Assembly (NCBI GenBank): GCA_965237735.1 | Contig: CBDEFV010000002.1 | Span: forward strand, 33,958 to 97,957 | Direction of reading: 5' to 3' | Length of the DNA stretch: 64,000 bases | DNA from: Candidatus Porifericomitales bacterium | GTDB taxonomy: Bacteria; Pseudomonadota; Gammaproteobacteria; CBDEFV01 | In this document: positions 60,887 to 64,000 of the stretch, one piece after another | How positions within the stretch are numbered: the stretch's first letter is position 1 | Layout: every line of letters starts with the position of its first letter | Translations under genes and position numbers: made by a program | The notes under the pieces: generated by a model | Database searches by the model: none | Told to the model about the DNA's origin: nothing | Seen by the model: the letters and a program-made list of their open reading frames with translations, nothing else

Positions 60887-61740
60887 TGAATCTCGCCGCT
60901 CTTGAGGGAAGAACGCAGCTGCTCGCGCACCAGGGAGGTGTCCGGCCGTTTTCCGCGCCACAGGTAGAAGGATTCGGCCGCCTGTTCAATCAGCATGCCG
61001 AGGCCGTCGGCAACCAATCGGGCTCCCCGGGCGCCGGCCCACTCCATGAGGGGAGTCGGCGACGGGCGGTAATCGAGGTCGTAAAAAACGGTTTCGCTGC
61101 CGATCACAGAAGGCGGCGGGGGCGGGGCCCTGCCCATGCAGTTGACGACCAGATCAAAGGTGGCGGCAAGAGTCTTGTTGTCGGGGGCCAGGTGGCAGGT
61201 TTCCAGCGGAAAGGGGCTCAGTTCGGCGAGCTTCTGTGCCCGGTCGAGGGTGCGGTTGGCGATGAGGATGCGCGCCGGCCTGGTCTCGATCAGGGGCGCG
61301 AGCAGGCCGCGGACAGCGCCGCCGGCGCCGAGGACAAGAATCTGACAGCCTGTCGGCGGCTGTCCGAGCAGCTGCTTCAGGTCTCTCATGAAGCCGACGC
61401 CGTCGGTGTTGTCTCCCTGGGGCGGGTAAGGGTGGTCCGCCGAGGTCGCCCTGAGGGTGTTGACGGCGCCTGCGCGGTCGGCTCGCGGCGATCGCTGCGA
61501 GCACAGCCGCCACGCCTCTTCCTTGAACGGGGCTGTGATGTTGCAGCCGCTGGCTCCGGCGGCGAAGAAACTTTTCAGGGCCGGCTCCAGCCCTTCGAGT
61601 GGCGGCTCTACAGTGCCGTAGTCGATGGATTCCCCGGTCTGATCGGCGAAGAGGGCATGGATGCGGGGCGACAGGCTGTGCCCGACAGGATGGCCGAAAA
61701 CAGCATAGCGGTCGGGGGCAATGAAGTTTTTCGAATCCAA
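60883..61740 (-). CDS. aroE: Shikimate dehydrogenase (start uncertain; track ORF extends to 61845)
   Basis: GHPVGHSLSP, NITAPFK, AVNT, GDNTDG, LGAGGA, GLGMLIEQAA. Confidence 0.95.
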   Translation of the reverse strand: MDSKNFIAPDRYAVFGHPVGHSLSPRIHALFADQTGESIDYGTVEPPLEGLEPALKSFFAAGASGCNITAPFKEEAWRLCSQRSPRADRAGAVNTLRATSADHPYPPQGDNTDGVGFMRDLKQLLGQPPTGCQILVLGAGGAVRGLLAPLIETRPARILIANRTLDRAQKLAELSPFPLETCHLAPDNKTLAATFDLVVNCMGRAPPPPPSVIGSETVFYDLDYRPSPTPLMEWAGARGARLVADGLGMLIEQAAESFYLWRGKRPDTSLVREQLRSSLKSGEIQ

Positions 61741-62081
61741 GGACTTGAGGAGCGAGGGATTAGTGTGGCGTCGGCCTGTTTTACCGGCGAATGAAACCAT
61801 TTGAAGTATAATATCAATATGGCTTTGAGACAATGCGGTTTGCATGTTCTACTGCCGTCGGCAAACAACTGCTCTGGCGAGGGCGGACGCCAGACACTGA
61901 AGGCAGTTCTGGGTCGACGGGGGTGTCTCAGAGTTTCAGTGCCCCGAAGTCTCGCATCCGGGGCCATGCATATCTTCCCGTTGCTGATTTTTTGGCCTGA
62001 AAAGCGGCCGCAGAGAAGCTTGGAGGGCCCAGCCATTGTCATCCATCTGGTAATAAGATTTTTTCATAATGCTGATTCATA

Positions 62082-63455
62082 GTGAATAAGGCATCATCGC
62101 TTTACATGCACAGGAGTGCTGAGCTTTCGACAAACCCGGTAAACGGCGAGGGTTACCCGCCGCCCCTGACCGAAGGGGGAAACGGGGCCCGGCAGGCAGA
62201 GAGGACCCCAGCGCCTGAAGCCCACCTCAGCGAGACGGTCTTTGAGCAATTCGCGCTGCCTGCGCCCATCCTTCAGGGCTTGGCCTCCTGTGGCTTCAAG
62301 TACATGACCCCGGTGCAGGAGAAGACGGTGGGCCTGTTGCTTGAAGGCCGCGACCTGGCCGCCCAGGCCCGCACCGGCAGCGGCAAGACCATCGCCTTTC
62401 TGGTGCCCATATTCAAATGCCTGCTCAACAAGGAGCCGCAGCAGCGGCGCAGGCCGAACCAGCCGCGGGCCCTGATCATAGCGCCGACGCGGGAGCTGGC
62501 GCTGCAGATAGGACGCGATGCCAGGGCCCTGCAACTCGATCACTACTGCAATCTGGTGGTCGTCTATGGCGGCAGCGGCTACAAGGAGCAGGGCGACACC
62601 CTGCAGCAAAATCCCGACATGGTAGTGGCGACTCCGGGGCGCCTTATGGACTACCTGCGCCAGCGTCTGATCGACTTGAGCGCTGTCGAGATCCTCGTCA
62701 TCGACGAGGCTGACCGCATGTTTGACATGGGCTTCATCCGCGATCTCCGCTTTATCTTCAATCGCCTGTCTCCAGTTGAACGGCGGCATAATATGGTGTT
62801 TTCTGCGACCCTGTCGCCGCAGACGCTCGAATTTGCCTATGAGCACATGAACGCGCCCGAGGTCGTCGAAGTCAACAGGACGGGGGAGATCGTCGATCGC
62901 ATAGAGGAGAAGCTCTACATGCCGGGCCAGCACGAAAAGCTGCCGCTCCTGATCAACCTGCTCAACAACTCCGAGATTGAGCGGGCCCTGGTCTTTGTCA
63001 ACACCCGCATGGCGGTCGAGCGCCTCAGCGAGAACCTGATTCGCCGCGGAGTGCCGGCCTGCGGCATCAGCGGCCTGGTGCTGCAACAGAAGCGCGAACG
63101 CCTGCTGGAAGGCTTCCGCAGCGGCAAAATCAGGGTGCTGATTGCCACCGACCTCGTCGGTCGCGGCCTGCATGTGCCCAAGGTCTCGCATGTCTTCAAT
63201 TACGATCTGCCGCACCAGGCGGAGAACTATGTTCACCGCATCGGCCGCACGGCCCGTATCGGCGCCCGCGGCGTCGCTGTGAGTTTCGCCTGTGACCGCT
63301 ATGGCTATATCATGCCCGACATCGAGAAATTCGTCGGCCACAAGCTGCCGGTGGAGCCGATCACAGACGAGATGCTGGTTATGCCCGCGAGGGCCAGGGA
63401 GGCCGGTGAGCGCCGTCGCCGCAGAAATTCGCGTTCGCGGGCCAAGGGTTCATGA
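62082..63455 (+). CDS. rhlB: DEAD-box RNA helicase RhlB
   Basis: TGSGKT, PTRELA, DEADRMFDMGF, SAT, YVHRIGRTAR, VSFACD.Y. Confidence 0.9.
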   Translation: MNKASSLYMHRSAELSTNPVNGEGYPPPLTEGGNGARQAERTPAPEAHLSETVFEQFALPAPILQGLASCGFKYMTPVQEKTVGLLLEGRDLAAQARTGSGKTIAFLVPIFKCLLNKEPQQRRRPNQPRALIIAPTRELALQIGRDARALQLDHYCNLVVVYGGSGYKEQGDTLQQNPDMVVATPGRLMDYLRQRLIDLSAVEILVIDEADRMFDMGFIRDLRFIFNRLSPVERRHNMVFSATLSPQTLEFAYEHMNAPEVVEVNRTGEIVDRIEEKLYMPGQHEKLPLLINLLNNSEIERALVFVNTRMAVERLSENLIRRGVPACGISGLVLQQKRERLLEGFRSGKIRVLIATDLVGRGLHVPKVSHVFNYDLPHQAENYVHRIGRTARIGARGVAVSFACDRYGYIMPDIEKFVGHKLPVEPITDEMLVMPARAREAGERRRRRNSRSRAKGS

Positions 63456-63470
63456 CCCTTCAACACGGAG

Positions 63471-64000
63471 GTGGAGGGGCTGGCGGCTGACACCGAACGT
63501 GCCTTCAGCAGGTTGGGCCGGTCCGCCGTCAAGAGGGTGCGGTCTCTGCTGGTGGCAACAGGCCTTTTGCTGTCGCCTTTTTCCGCTTGGGCAGCCGGGC
63601 AGTGCGAATACTCGGTGGACACTTCACTGCAGATAGACGCCACCCTCTTTGACATCTCGGAAGACGGCGAGGTCAAGGCCTTCGACGCCGGCTTCACTAT
63701 CGGCGACGTTGACGGCAAGATTCTGCGGGGCCGTGCCGACGAAATCCACCGCGACCCCGAGGGAGAGATCGAAGTCAGGGGGGCTGGAATCACTCCCTGT
63801 GCCGAGGGTTCAGAGGATTGGGAGCTCGGCGCCAGCGCCCTCGAAATCTCCGCCGACGGCCGCACCCTGACAGCCTATAACACGGTCTTCAGGTTCTTTG
63901 GCATCCCTGTTTTCTGGTTGCCCTGGGCGCGCTTCCCCCTCGGCAGCGAGAGGCGCAGCGGCTTTTTGTTTCCCGAGGCCGGCTACGACAACCGCAACGG
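63471..64000 (+). CDS. lptD: LPS-assembly protein LptD, partial; runs off the window end; start uncertain
   Basis: Not in the ORF track. Manual translation gives TPCAEGSEDWEL.ASAL...GIPVFWLPW..FP..ERRSGFLFP. Confidence 0.88.
   Translation, partial: MEGLAADTERAFSRLGRSAVKRVRSLLVATGLLLSPFSAWAAGQCEYSVDTSLQIDATLFDISEDGEVKAFDAGFTIGDVDGKILRGRADEIHRDPEGEIEVRGAGITPCAEGSEDWELGASALEISADGRTLTAYNTVFRFFGIPVFWLPWARFPLGSERRSGFLFPEAGYDNRN

Overview
High-GC bacterial chromosome segment (about 65-70% GC in lines I sampled by hand). The gene content points to a Gammaproteobacterium: full isc-hsc-fdx-iscX operon, hfq-hflXKC-yjeT-hisZ-purA, rhlB, lptD. Most of the window is housekeeping: nnr (partial), sppA, rluC, mgtE, ratAB, rarD, aspS, queG, aroG, hisD/C, carAB, greA, rlmE, ftsH, isc operon, nuoA-F, lnt, sulfite reductase, hfq-hfl-purA, argB, HMG-CoA lyase, envC, aroE, rhlB, lptD (partial). 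Accessory or unusual parts: (1) a ~4.4 kb low-GC island with a Type III restriction-modification module whose mod gene has lost its SAM-binding half, preceded by an HTH controller relic; (2) a DUF692/MNIO RiPP cluster of the bufferin type whose Cys-rich precursor has a lipobox; (3) a decaying ALDH / M19-like amidohydrolase / conserved-hypothetical catabolic operon with three lesions; (4) an Hfq with a 51-aa acidic N-terminal arm and a 72-aa RGG/YGG-rich tail; (5) a 15-bp VNTR inside ratA; (6) two genes that appear to start at CTG overlapping the upstream TGA; (7) a lower-GC sulfotransferase after ftsH; (8) a nuo operon that breaks after nuoF. I saw no rRNA, tRNA, CRISPR array, integrase or transposase. 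All calls rest on motif recognition by eye; no searches were run.
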